A DNA stretch of 63,452 nt, filler included, from Octopus bimaculoides (lineage: Eukaryota): the NCBI RefSeq assembly GCF_001194135.2. It is 6 parts of 6 records of this genome, joined end to end, with 100 filler letters (N's around TTAATTAATTAA, not from the genome) between each part and the next. Parts side by side here need not be neighbours in the genome. Positions count along the whole stretch, not along the records: positions 1 to 14,352 come from NC_068985.1; 5 more parts are not named here. One strand, 5' to 3'. The notes under the pieces are model-generated. The model searched no databases. It was not told the origin of the DNA and saw only the letters and a list, made by a program, of their open reading frames with translations. A program made the translations under genes and the position numbers. Positions 1-12,150 of the stretch are shown piece by piece; within the stretch, counting starts at the first letter, position 1; the number at the start of each line of letters is the position of its first letter.

Positions 1-60
<60 letters not shown>
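1..60. repeat. (CA)n microsatellite; representative of many (CA)n, (TA)n, (AG)n, (CATA)n and (GATA)n arrays in the window
   Basis: Pure CA repeat seen directly. Confidence 0.95.
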
Positions 61-62
<2 letters not shown>

Positions 63-149
63 ACACACTCACACAAACAAACCGCAGCGCACCAAATTCA
101 CATTTAAACCGCAGTGCACACATGCAGTCAACACCAGCTCAATTATACT

Positions 150-197
<48 letters not shown>

Positions 198-1024
198 CAC
201 ACACACATACGCACACGCATTTGCGTTAACACACACAGATACACTTACTGACACACGCTCACACAGGCACACACACACGCACTCATACACACACAATGAC
301 AACCTAGCACGCAAACGCTTAATAGACATTCGCCAGCGGAATCACTCTAACACACATATATACATATACACACAAACACAATAGCATGCACACACATATA
401 TATATATCAACAAATTTCAACATACACACATATATAAACAAACACATGTCTAAGCAGATCTCAACATACACATACAATACTTACTTATAAACATACCCGT
501 GGGTACAAACAATAGACAAACACGCCTTTACTAAAAGTCAGCAAAAGAACCCTTGTAAACGCTGCAAGAGGTGCGTCGCCTTAGTTGGTCTCTATACGAC
601 AGGATATACGAGTTCAATGACCGAATGATGGAGTAATATTTTCCAGTTTGATTGATTCTTGGACGTCAGAAGGACAGATCTGTCATTCTCAAATAAGGGG
701 CCAACAACTCATAAAGATGATGTCATAAATCTTTTCCTGACTACGATTACGGTCTTGCCCAAACGGACACTTCGTTTCTCCATTTTGCATATGGGATATT
801 TAACTCAACATGCAAATTCAAAAAACAAAAACAAAAACAAAAACAAAAAAATAAACACTCGTCGTTCTTATAATGCTGCTACTGCCTACTGTATTACCTA
901 TTACTTAGAGTTGGGGATATTTTCATTTTAGATGGTTCTAAGATTATAGTTTTATCACAACATTAGAATTATGAGTAAAGTTTTGATTTTTTTGAACTAT
1001 GCATATTTTTGTGTTATTACGAGA

Positions 1025-1410
1025 ATAACAACTTACTTATTTAAGCCCTAACCCCACCCCCATGGTGCATAAGCCGTAGACAATTCTGGTCTGTCCTTAC
1101 TACTTCTCTCCAATTTGATCTCTGATTTTTCAGCTCTGCCTTAGTATCAAATATTCCTCCGAGAGAATGCCTTCCCCTCTCAGGTCGTATTCATTGTGAC
1201 TTTTCATCGCTACTTCTGTAGTCTTGTTTTTATTCTAGTTTACTAATTAGGTGTGTTGGCCCTACGCAAACCATTTAATTTTGGTAAGAAGTGGTTCATT
1301 TTAGCCTGCCCTCTGTCCTTTGACCTATCCAACATGGGAGACCCCAACAGAAGCTTGCATTCTGCTGGCAGTCATTAGGACGCACACATCACTGCAACAG
1401 GGACTGGACT
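1025..1410 (-). mobile_element. Degenerate RTE-derived non-autonomous element
   Basis: Minus strand resembles an RTE 5' region (..atgactgccagcagaatgc..ggtctcccatgttggataggtcaaagg) and ends in ..ggcttaaataagtaagt. Recognised by eye only. Confidence 0.3.
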
Positions 1411-2559
1411 GCGTAGGAATAACTTCTAAGTTCATTGCTAGCTGCTACATTATAGCACAGGGTTATATAATTCGCAGTAATATTCTTAAGATTATAAACC
1501 TGGGAAAGTACAGGATACGTTATTACATCTGTAAAAGTATTGGACAAGTTATTACTTCTAGTAAAGTAAAGAATAAGAAACTTTTTACTTAAAATATTGC
1601 AGCAGAGAATGCCAGTTCTTCTAATTTATCACTCTTTACAGTTCTCATCTTTTAAATTTATTGTACGAAACTGTTCAGCTAATTTGTAAGATTGTCTAAT
1701 TAGTCACTTTTTCCTGTATTTAAGGTAGTAAATTAGCCAAATTCTACTTAAATAAGTATAGTGTTATATGTAAACTATAATAAAATAATTCTTAATATTC
1801 AGATTTTAATTTTAGCTGCAATATTTTAAGTAAAAGGTTTCTTATTCTTTACTTTACTAGAAGTAATAGCTTGTCCTATACTTTTACAGATGTAATAACT
1901 TGCCTGTACTTTTCTAGGTTTATAATCTTAAGAATATTACTTTTCATGCTCGCATTTTATCATGTAATCCATAATTCTTCCAGGCATGACTATTATAAGA
2001 TAGTTANNNNNNNNNNNNNNNNNNNNNNNNNNNNNNNNNNNNNNNNNNNNNNNNNNNNNNNNNNNNNNNNNNNNNNNNNNNNNNNNNNNNNNNNNNNNNN
2101 NNNNNNNNNNNNNNNNNNNNNNNNNNNNNNNNNNNNNNNNNNNNNNNNNNNNNNNNNNNNNNNNNNNNNNNNNNNNNNNNNNNNNNNNNNNNNNNNNNNN
2201 NNNNNNNNNNNNNNNNNNNNNNNNNNNNNNNNNNNNNNNNNNNNNNNNNNNNNNNNNNNNNNNNNNNNNNNNNNNNNNNNNNNNNNNNNNNNNNNNNNNN
2301 NNNNNNNNNNNNNNNNNNNNNNNNNNNNNNNNNNNNNNNNNNNNNNNNNNNNNNNNNNNNNNNNNNNNNNNNNNNNNNNNNNNNNNNNNNNNNNNNNNNN
2401 NNNNNNNNNNNNNNNNNNNNNNNNNNNNNNNNNNNNNNNNNNNNNNNNNNNNNNNNNNATATTAGGAGGTCAGGGTACTTGATTCCACGCAAAAAAAAAA
2501 AAATTTTTGTTTTTTTCTTAGTGAAAATCGTGCGGAAGTTAATATAGAAATTTACCGTA

Positions 2560-2730
2560 ATGTTGTTGTTCTTTAGCCTCACATCAACCCCGATACTGCA
2601 AACCGATCATCAAAGACATTCCAGCCTTCAGCAAACCGTCTTTTTAGGGATAATCTAGAACATTACATCCAATGGGCGTGTGATTTAGTTAGGGTGATAC
2701 TTTGGCTGCTATTTTAGCGTTCGATTGCGT
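2560..2730 (-). repeat. SINE-like 3' module (family G), degenerate
   Basis: Reverse complement resembles 4880-5100 (gacattccagcc / ggctggaatgcatt); contains tttggctgctatttt. Confidence 0.35.
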
Positions 2731-3003
2731 GATGACACTTTTTTACACATATATGTAATATGTATATATATATCATCGGCAGAAGTTAGAGAGTTAGTCA
2801 AAAGCTGAGAGTTTCGTGTATTGGCACTTATCAAACACGAATTTGTCCATTGTCACTTTGTAACTTCTGATGAAATAGCCTCTAATATACAAAGTTTTGT
2901 CAAAAACGTTAAGAGTAAACTCTGTTCTATGTGACACATTCTACCAGTATCGGAAGTTTGAAAGTGTTTAGTTTAAAAAAAAATAGATTAATTAAATAAT
3001 CTG

Positions 3004-3107
3004 AACGTCAAAGTCGACCTCCGCGAAATTTGAACTTAAAACGTAAAGACACGATAAATCGTTATGTATTTTGCCCGGTGCGATAACGTTTCTGCCAGCT
3101 CGTCACC
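3004..3107 (-). mobile_element. SINE family E (Deu/Nin-like domain), 5' part
   Basis: aaagtcgacc..aatttgaact..ttctgccagctcgtcacc matches other family E copies such as 45368-45601. Confidence 0.75.
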
Positions 3108-4084
3108 TTGCTTAACCTTTATTCTTATTGCTTAAGTGTTATTCCCTTACTTCCTTACTTACTGACATGAAATTTCGAAACATTTTACCTCATAACTCCT
3201 TTTCTACTAATTTTTGTTCAATGCAACTAACGATTCTGAATTCCTCATACATTTTTCTACCATTTAAGCCTAAGGAAAGTATACATTTAGTTTAAAATTA
3301 AAAAAATTATGTTAATTGAAGATGAATATCTGCCTTGCTGCCCCCCCCCCTAGAGGTTGCAGATATTTTGATGTAACTTTTTTTCAACTGGACCAAATCT
3401 CAAAATATTTATGCCAAAGTGTAGCTGAGGAGGTGTCTTCCTTAAAACTATTAACAGTTTGCAATTTAGTTGAGAACTGAATTAGTTGTGATGCTTGGAA
3501 GCTGCTGTGACTAACGAAATCGTGGACTTAAGAATATATTCAACCACTACCGTGGTTGAATGATAAAAGCGTAATACTGTATATTTATATTTATTTATAT
3601 ATATGTGTGTATATGCACATGTATGTATGCATGGAAATTTTTCCCTTTTTCTTTTTTTTTTATCGCTTATATTACCGCAGTGAGACTTATCACGTATTTA
3701 ATGTGCATATCGAATACGATTTCCTTATGCAGATTTAATTAAAACTATGTTGTGTTGGTCTTTTTGATATTAAATCCTGTTCGTCAATATTTACCTTTAT
3801 TAAATTTTCTTAAACAAGTAATACTTTGTTTGCAATATTCAAAAGAATAAATATTTTCTTCAGTTTTGGCAGTTGACAAGTTTGGTGAGCAATCCCATCC
3901 CTGTTGAGTCAGAAGTAAACTGTGTTGGTATTTTTGTATACATGCACGCATACATACATACATACATACATAATACACTCACATAATACATACATACATA
4001 CATACAGACAGACAGACAGACAGAAAAACAGACAGAAAGACTGACAGACAAACAGACTATTTTGCATGCTCTCTGCAAGAAGGA

Positions 4085-4480
4085 CAGCCGTGATCTATAT
4101 GCTAAAGGTAGAACCAGCAGGTATTCGCAAGAAATACTGGTGGAACACCCCTATAAAAACATCAATTGGTGGAACACCCCTATAAAAACATCAAAAGCGT
4201 GTCAGATCTGATAGTGTTCTGAGGAGCAGGGTATAAAAGTCTTGTAGAGACAAGCTGCCCAGCGGATGTGAATGTACAATGAAAAATCATGAAAACGAGA
4301 ACATTTATAGCGAGTTAATGCAGAGCTTACTGCTCTTGTACTGTGACTATGAATTAACGCTTATATCGGTCATCATTGGTACCTTAGGCTATACACCAAG
4401 AAATTTTCACAAAAACCTAGTGGCACAGTAAAGATTTGTAAGACATTCCAAACATTCTTCATGTAAGATTCTTATGTAAA
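4085..4480 (+). pseudogene. R4-clade-like LINE restriction-like endonuclease (REL) remnant
   Basis: Broken frames give WWNTPIKT..PDLIVF..ETSCPADVNV..ENIYSELMQ..VIIGTLGYTPRNFHKNL. A 29-bp tandem duplication lies at 4138-4194. Confidence 0.6.
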
Positions 4481-4879
4481 TAGATGCACACACCATGTCA
4501 ACCACATATTTACAGCACAAAAAGTCTTGTCGCTTTGTTAGCGACCGATTTGAACTCTCTCAAGAACTTAAATTAAACTCGAAGAAAATTCACATATATA
4601 TATATGTAGATATATTTACATTTATATACAATCCCTCTCCCCATACACTACTGTGTAGTATGATTTTCAGCTAGTAGGGGCACTGAACCGAAAACCACAC
4701 ATTTGGGCCCGCGCCTATGATTCGTCGCTGGAGAACAACGTTTCTTTTAGAATGAGTGTGCTTACATAGCACATTCGATTCATTAGCACAATGGATTCTA
4801 AGACGTCCGTTTTTTTTTTTTGACATCGTGGTGTGTATTTAACGAGAAGCACCCTTGAACTCCTTTTAACAGATCTCAA

Positions 4880-5100
4880 CAACCGAACCTCTATGCAGCT
4901 GTACGAATTGCCCAGGAAACCTCCCTAAAATTACTTACAACAGTCTTAAAAAAAGGAAGTGCACATTTTCTAATGTAGTCAAAGTGTACACTATGTTTTA
5001 ATAAAATATGGGATGGCCACGGCTGGAATGCATTTGATCATAGGTTACTCAATTAGGTTCGACTTGGGAGGTAAGCAATAACAATTACACTAACAACAAC
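4880..5100 (+). repeat. SINE-like 3' module (family G), degenerate, with (AAC)n-like tail
   Basis: Related to 2560-2730 in the opposite orientation. Confidence 0.3.
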
Positions 5101-5516
5101 CTTAGCAGCAGCAGCAAGAACAACAACGGTTTCTATGATGTCATACGTTGTCAACTCCTAGAACAATTTTCAAATAAAATCTCACATTTACGTCAACAGC
5201 TGGAAATGTTCTGCGTATGTTAATGGTTTCTATAGCAAAGAAATTCTATATAAGTAAGTTTTCAGACTTTAGCGATCAAAGGTTGAATTATCAGGTCAAG
5301 CTAAAAATGATTTCTTTTCTAGAATATTTTCTAACATCAAACATAAACAGGAAATTGGATAATGGTCATGATTTGTCTGGGTGGGAATTATTTATACGTC
5401 CGTATATTGTTTCAAAGAATTCAGATTGGTCTAGAACTTCTTATACGTAATCCGAAAAGAAACTTAGCACATATTGGTTAATTATTTTTCTTTCGAAATT
5501 ATTTTGTAAATAAAAA

Positions 5517-5726
5517 GGCGACGAGTTGGCAGAGTTGCTAAGTGCATCGGACAAAAGAGCTTAGAAATGCTTTCTCTTGACGTTCTGAGCTCAAATCTCA
5601 CCGATGTCAAATTTAGCTTTTGCCCTTTCATGATCGATAAAATGTGTACGATTTGAGTACTGTAGTAGATGTAATTGATTTCACTTCCCTTCAAAATTGC
5701 TGGACTTGTACAAAATATTATAAACG
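5517..5726 (+). mobile_element. SINE family E ending in (ATT)n
   Basis: Head ggcgacgagttggcaga, degenerate Deu-like core, tail runs into (ATT)n. Confidence 0.75.
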
Positions 5727-5744
5727 ATTATTATTATTATTTTA

Positions 5745-5817
<73 letters not shown>
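5727..5817. repeat. (ATT)n microsatellite
   Basis: Seen directly. Confidence 0.95.
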
Positions 5818-5818
<1 letters not shown>

Positions 5819-5819
5819 T

Positions 5820-6050
5820 CATACTTATACTGAATTTGTTTCTGATGTCATTAATGCGCCAAACTGTTCAATTCACGTGAACTAAGGTGATCCTTTCTCT
5901 TAAAGTTTCGAGAACTTTGCGGAGAATCTTTACACTGTCAATTAATGCTGATTTATGGATATACTCTATTTTCCTTTCTATCCCTGTTTTTTTCTCGTTT
6001 TTTTTGGCTCGTCTTTCAAACTCAAATCCCCACGTCCGAAGCAAGAAAAT
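5820..6050 (-). mobile_element. R4/Dong-like LINE 3' end abutting (AAT)n
   Basis: ORF 5868-6053 contains IEYIHKSALIDSVKILRKVLE, like the REL C-terminus IQKIALLGTAHILCKIL at 49686-50027. Its 3' UTR runs into the AAT array. Confidence 0.55.
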
Positions 6051-6291
6051 CATCTCCTACAACTCCTTTCCCTCACTACATCATCCCCAGAAACTCCCTG
6101 AGGAGACTTTGCTGCTGTGCTTGCATTGTTACCTTTATGAAACTCATACAATAAGACGTCTAATGTGATCTTTAAATTAGACGAACAGTGGTGCGAGTAT
6201 AGCTAAAGATTATGGCCAATACAATTAGAATCTGAAAGAAAAATGTATAAATTACTCATTATGACATTCGTAAAACATTGCAAGGGGCAAC

Positions 6292-6338
<47 letters not shown>

Positions 6339-6339
<1 letters not shown>

Positions 6340-6383
6340 GAACGCCGAAGAAGGGAAATAACCCTGAAATCCGGATACGTTCG
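6339..6383 (+). ncRNA. Minimal type-I hammerhead ribozyme, near-intact (U4->C)
   Basis: cgaacg (helix I) - ccgaaga (CUGANGA, 1 mismatch) - aggg/aaataa/ccct (helix II) - gaaa - t ccgg a (helix III, palindromic loop) - ta (AUA cleavage triplet) - cgttcg (perfect helix I partner). Confidence 0.75.
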
Positions 6384-6384
6384 T

Positions 6385-6495
6385 GCTGCTGGTCGTGGTG
6401 AGAGGGATAACTCCCTTGGCAAACAGGACACAGTCGTGTGTCGATAAGCCAGCTGGAGGAGATGTCCTCCTGGGGCTAAAAGCAACAGTAACATC
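6385..6495 (+). repeat. Short retroposon-like repeat (family F), directly 3' of the hammerhead
   Basis: ccagctggaggagatgtcctcctggggctaaaagcaacagtaaca; homologous to 14905-15035 and 15650-15785 (reverse). Confidence 0.55.
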
Positions 6496-6540
6496 CACCC
6501 CTAGGGGTCAGCCACACTTAAGTGGCAATATACTACACTT

Positions 6541-6573
<33 letters not shown>

Positions 6574-7264
6574 CTTAATAATACCCAAACTCTAAGAGAT
6601 GTTTGTGTCTACCCGTAACATCTCAGAAATAGTATATTTTATCTTAATTTTTTTTTTGTATATTTATTTTCGTACTTACCTTCGGCATTGCAGTATAAAT
6701 TTTTGTGATATTTGGACCTCTATTTATTAATGAAAATGATGAAACAAAATTTTTGTATGTTATTTCTTCCGTGACGTCAACACACATACACACATACAGA
6801 ACACACACACATATAATGTATGTCATGGCGTGTCAATCAGCACAAACACACGTCCGCTATCTGTGACATATACACATACATAGTCATCGGACTCTCTAAG
6901 AAAAAAGAAAAAGTTGACTTTTTGATGTACACAACGTTTTAATCATTTAGAAATATTTGTAATTGAATGTGATTTCAAAAATGTAAGTTGTTTGTACAGT
7001 AAGTGTTCATATTTTAGGTTTCTTTAAACAGACAATATTTAATTTCCTTAAAAATTTGTTATTTATTTACTTTTGTTTAAAAGTGAAAGAAGAGAAAGTG
7101 AAAGATATATGTACATGTATATGAAATGGACGCGTGTGTGTGAAAGAGAGAGAGAGAGAAATAGAGAGAGAAAAGAGAGAGAGAGTGAGTTAAGGGGTGT
7201 GTTGTTATGTATACGTACATACGCCAATACATATGCGTACATCTTTTTTGTATGTACGTGTGCA

Positions 7265-7336
<72 letters not shown>

Positions 7337-7632
7337 TGAGTGAGTGAACGTGTGTGTTCTCATGTATGTGTAAGTGGAACTTACTCTCTTTCTCTCTCAC
7401 TTTCTTACACACACACACGTCCATTTCATACACATGTACATACGTCTTTCACATTCTCCTCTCTTTTATTTTAAAACGAAAGTGAATAAATAAAAATTTT
7501 TTTTACAGAAATTAACGTACAAAACCAGCTGATCCGGATGACAGTTCTGAGAGACAAAGCGAAAGATTGCCCCAAGGGATTACCATTACAAAACTTTTTT
7601 CGAGTTCATTCAACGTATCTCAGTTCCAAAGA

Positions 7633-7741
7633 TTTGGCTGCTATTTCTAGCACGCCCTGCTATCACGTAACAACTATTTGCGATAAGGGACCCGAAATAT
7701 CTGTTACGTGGTAGCAGGACGTGCAACAAATAGCAGCCAAA
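7633..7741. repeat. 40-bp imperfect inverted repeat with 29-nt spacer
   Basis: 7633-7672 versus reverse complement of 7702-7741: 36/40 identical. Confidence 0.9.
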
Positions 7742-7945
7742 CTTTCCTTTCCTGGGGAAAGGAGCCGTTTACACGTGATTTCGATGTTACATTCGTTGAA
7801 AGCATGCGAAATAACCTGGAACGGAAAATAAACCCTTAGGAAACAAAACTCCGTTGCTGGGAAACTCAAAGTTTCCAGGTGACCCAACGGGTTACAAGTA
7901 GTCTAGTATATGTGTGTGTGCGTGTGCATGTGGGCGGGCGCTCGT

Positions 7946-7982
<37 letters not shown>

Positions 7983-7983
<1 letters not shown>

Positions 7984-8135
7984 CAGGCTTATTCCAGTTT
8001 CTGTCCACCAAATCTACTCACAAGTCTGTGATCAGCCCTAGGCTATAATAGAAAGCACTTGCCCACAATAGCAATCAATGGGACTAAACCTGGAAACATG
8101 TAGATGAAAACCGTACTCCTTACCACACAACCACG
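7983..8135 (-). mobile_element. SINE family A head (tRNA-like + CORE-like), degenerate
   Basis: Reverse complement matches the head of 60750-61014. Confidence 0.65.
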
Positions 8136-8490
8136 CTTTCTCTTCTTCGCAATTTATACGCTTACACGAACACACGAATTCGAGAAAACATGCATTCTGA
8201 TAGTTTCTCACCTATCATCTCACCTGACAGGTGTATCCTTCCTGCTGAAGGAGAAACCCTTTCAGTGGTATTACTTCCGTCAGTTACGCCTTGGACAAGT
8301 TACTTAAGTTCTGTCTCTTCCTCGAAGCGTTCAAATCTGAATCTTCTGAGAAACATCGATGAAAATCAATCATTGTCTGTTCGTGTAGTTGTGTTGTTTT
8401 TCGTTCCTGGCAACTTTTGGATTTATCATCAAGCACTGTTGCAAAACCATTTAACAGGTTAAACTATGTCAAATTTAGTTTCATTCATAA

Positions 8491-8665
8491 ACGCAAGAGT
8501 GGCTGTGTCGGAAGTAGCTTCCTTACCAACCACATGGTTCCGAGTTCAGTCCCACTGCATAGCACCTTGGGCAAGTGCCTTCTACTATAGCGTCGAGCTG
8601 ACCAAAGCCGGTGCTCCAGCATGGCCGCTGTCAAATGACTGAAACATGTAAAAGAGTAAAAGAGT
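8491..8665 (+). mobile_element. SINE family A, internally deleted
   Basis: Head agagtggctgtgt..accttgggcaagtg is fused directly to tail ggtgctccagcatggcc..aaaagagtaaaagagta. Confidence 0.85.
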
Positions 8666-9297
8666 ATTCCTTCTTTCATTCATTCTTTCATTCCTTTTAT
8701 CTTTATTCCTTTCTTTCTTTTTGTCTGTCTGTCTGCGTGTATATATATGTANNNNNNNNNNNNNNNNNNNNNNNNNNNNNNNNNNNNNNNNNNNNNNNNN
8801 NNNNNNNNNNNNNNNNNNNNNNNNNNNNNNNNNNNNNNNNNNNNNNNNNNNNNNNNNNNNNNNNNNNNNNNNNNNNNNNNNNNNNNNNNNNNNNNNNNNN
8901 NNNNNNNNNNNNNNNNNNNNNNNNNNNNNNNNNNNNNNNNNNNNNNNNNNNNNNNNNNNNNNNNNNNNNNNNNNNNNNNNNNNNNNNNNNNNNNNNNNNN
9001 NNNNNNNNNNNNNNNNNNNNNNNNNNNNNNNNNNNNNNNNNNNNNNNNNNNNNNNNNNNNNNNNNNNNNNNNNNNNNNNNNNNNNNNNNNNNNNATATAT
9101 ATATATATATACATATGCATACACACATATATACGTATACATACATGCATAAATATATGTACATATAAATGTGTATGAATATAAATGACTATATATATAT
9201 TCCTAATTTTGAAAACGAGTGGACGTATTCCACCGACTTTAGGTAAATAATCCTTCGAACAGACGGTCAGTAACGACACCTGCACAGTTCGACTGTT

Positions 9298-9338
9298 CTA
9301 CATCGATAAAGGGCAAATACCCTGAAACTAGTCTGTAG
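9298..9338 (+). ncRNA. Degenerate minimal type-I hammerhead ribozyme
   Basis: ctaca - tcgataa (3 core mismatches) - aggg/caaata/ccct - gaaa - ctagtc (ACTAGT palindrome, GUC site) - tgtag. All helices pair. Confidence 0.6.
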
Positions 9339-9964
9339 ATGTCAGACCAGCAAGGGGAAGCGGCTGACTTCCCCTGTTCGAAGGTTATACACACACACAT
9401 AGTACATACATACATACACACATACATACCTACATACATATACATACATACACAGACATACATTTACACACATACATACATAGATACGAACATACATACA
9501 CTCACACACATACATGCATACACACCCATACACATACATACGTACACAGATACATACCTACATACATACACTTACATAATACATACATACATACATACAT
9601 ACATACATTCATACATACATACGTACATACATACATACATACATACATACATACATAGAAAGTAGAGATAAAACAGCGTCTAATGACATAATACAATAAG
9701 TGCTCAACCTGGTTTAGCACTAAAACTCCGACTTGAATTGCGACCAAAACACAAAAGCGTAGAAGTTGCCCAGTAATGAATGCCTATAAATGGTTCATCA
9801 TAACGTCAGCATCAATGCCGAGACACCAGGAATCACAATACCTGAAAAATACACGACTAATTAGAAAATAATTGTACACGATAATGGAACAACAATATGG
9901 TGTAACACATTTGAAAAGTTTGTATGTTTTGATGCAGGTTATGCCAATGTCTACACACTCGTAA

Positions 9965-10179
9965 GGCGGTGAGTTGGTAGAAAGGTTAGCAAGCCAGGCA
10001 AAATGCTTAGCGGTATTTCGTCTGTCTTTACGTCCTGAGTTCAAATCCCAACGAGGTCGACTTTGCCTTTCATCCTTTCGGGGTCGATAAATTAAGTACC
10101 AGTTGCGTACTGGAGTCGATCTAATCGACTGGCCCACTATCCGATATTTCAGGCCTTGTGCCTAGAATAGAAAAGAATA
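9965..10179 (+). mobile_element. SINE family E, full length
   Basis: Contains gtcgactttgcctttcatcctttcggggtcgataaattaagtacc (Deu/Nin-like core). Confidence 0.85.
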
Positions 10180-10247
10180 TCTACACACCCGTATATATGT
10201 ATGTTTAGTCATTCACTCGTTTAGTTACATACATAAAATAAGTCACA

Positions 10248-10291
<44 letters not shown>

Positions 10292-10607
10292 NNNNNNNNN
10301 NNNNNNNNNNNNNNNNNNNNNNNNNNNNNNNNNNNNNNNNNNNNNNNNNNNNNNNNNNNNNNNNNNNNNNNNNNNNNNNNNNNNNNNNNNNNNNNNNNNN
10401 NNNNNNNNNNNNNNNNNNNNNNNNNNNNNNNNNNNNNNNNNNNNNNNNNNNNNNNNNNNNNNNNNNNNNNNNNNNNNNNNNNNNNNNNNNNNNNNNNNNN
10501 NNNNNNNNNNNNNNNNNNNNNNNNNNNNNNNNNNNNNNNNNNNNNNNNNNNNNNNNNNNNNNNNNNNNNNNNNNNNNNNNNNNNNNNNNNNNNNNNNNNN
10601 NNNNNNN

Positions 10608-10678
<71 letters not shown>

Positions 10679-11085
10679 ATAATTATGTATATATAAAATT
10701 CTTTAACTCCTTTAAGTTCTAAAGTAGGTGCCATGCTGGAGCACTACTACTCGTTCACCACTTCAATCAGTCTCTGATATGTGGCATTTGGCGAATGAGG
10801 CAGTTTGACGTTGCTGCTCCCATCTGCATGTCATGCCGCGAAGTAGGTTCATCCGGAACTCATGACAGGAGGAGATCCAGTTTTGTTTTCAAGATACATT
10901 TATCCATACCTTGCGATGGCGATGGTAATGTTGGGACCTATCCGTGTGTGTGTTTGTGTGTATATGCACACATATACATACATACAAACATACATACACC
11001 CACCCACACACATATAAGCAAAAATGCTAGTTCTAAAATCTCTCCAAGAGATCAACGCAGTAATTGTAATAACAAGTAATGTACG

Positions 11086-11139
11086 TAGCTACTTCAACAT
11101 AGCTCTCCGTTCGAACGGACAGCCATGTTGAAGTAGCTA
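11086..11139. repeat. 54-bp near-perfect palindrome
   Basis: tagctacttcaacatagctctccgttc|gaacggacagccatgttgaagtagcta: 25/27 pairs, no spacer. Confidence 0.9.
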
Positions 11140-11146
11140 ACGCCCG

Positions 11147-11198
<52 letters not shown>

Positions 11199-11687
11199 TG
11201 CGTTAGTTGATAAATGTATCTTATTTGTGTCTTCCAATGAATGAGTCTTGTTTGTAGGTTGGAGACCGGCACGTTATTGGTGAGAAAATTGAGAAAATAA
11301 CACCCCCACCAAAAAAATACTACACACTTTTGTAAACAACTAAAAATACACACATACACATATACACACTTGGACACACACACACACACACACACACATA
11401 CATACACACACACCACACACATATACAAGGTCATATCCAAATATATATATAAGTACCGACATAGGTACACAAACAAACACACAGTCGCACAGAAATACAT
11501 TCACACTCAAAGACGCATGCATGCTCAACGAGAACCACCGATCCGATACATTGATATATTCACATGTTTATGTAAACATGTCATCAGCGACTCTGTCACA
11601 TGTCACATCTTGGTCTTTTACTGATTTTGTTCCTTCTTTTTATGCCATATCCTTTAAGCATATATAAACACACTTGCGTATATAAAG

Positions 11688-11993
11688 GAGCATTCCGTCG
11701 GTTACGACGACGAGGGTCCCAGCTGATACGATCAACGGAACAGCTTGCTCGTGAAATTAACTCCACAGACACGTGTACCCCTAACGTAGTTCTCAAGGAG
11801 ACTCAGCGTGATACAGAGTGTGACAAGGTTGGACTTTTGAAATACAGGTACTACTCATTTTTGCGAGCTGAGTGGACTGGAGCAACGTGAAATAAAGTGT
11901 CTTGCTCAAGGACACAACGCATCACTGGGAATTGAACTCACGACCTTACGATTGTGAGCCGATTGCCCTAACCACTAAGCCATGTGCCTTCAC
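11688..11993 (-). mobile_element. SINE with head C (tRNA-like + CORE-like) and tail B
   Basis: Head gtgaaggcacatggcttagtggttaggg..ttgagcaagacactttatttcac; tail shared with 46060-46445. Confidence 0.85.
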
Positions 11994-12080
11994 ACATACG
12001 TATATCCATACATATGCATACAGGCATACATATATAGACACATACATACACATGCACACATTCATATATACTTACATACA

Positions 12081-12150
<70 letters not shown>

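Noticed and set aside
4138-4194. CRISPR-like direct repeat
   Set aside because: It is a simple 29-bp tandem duplication with no spacer, inside a LINE remnant in eukaryotic DNA.
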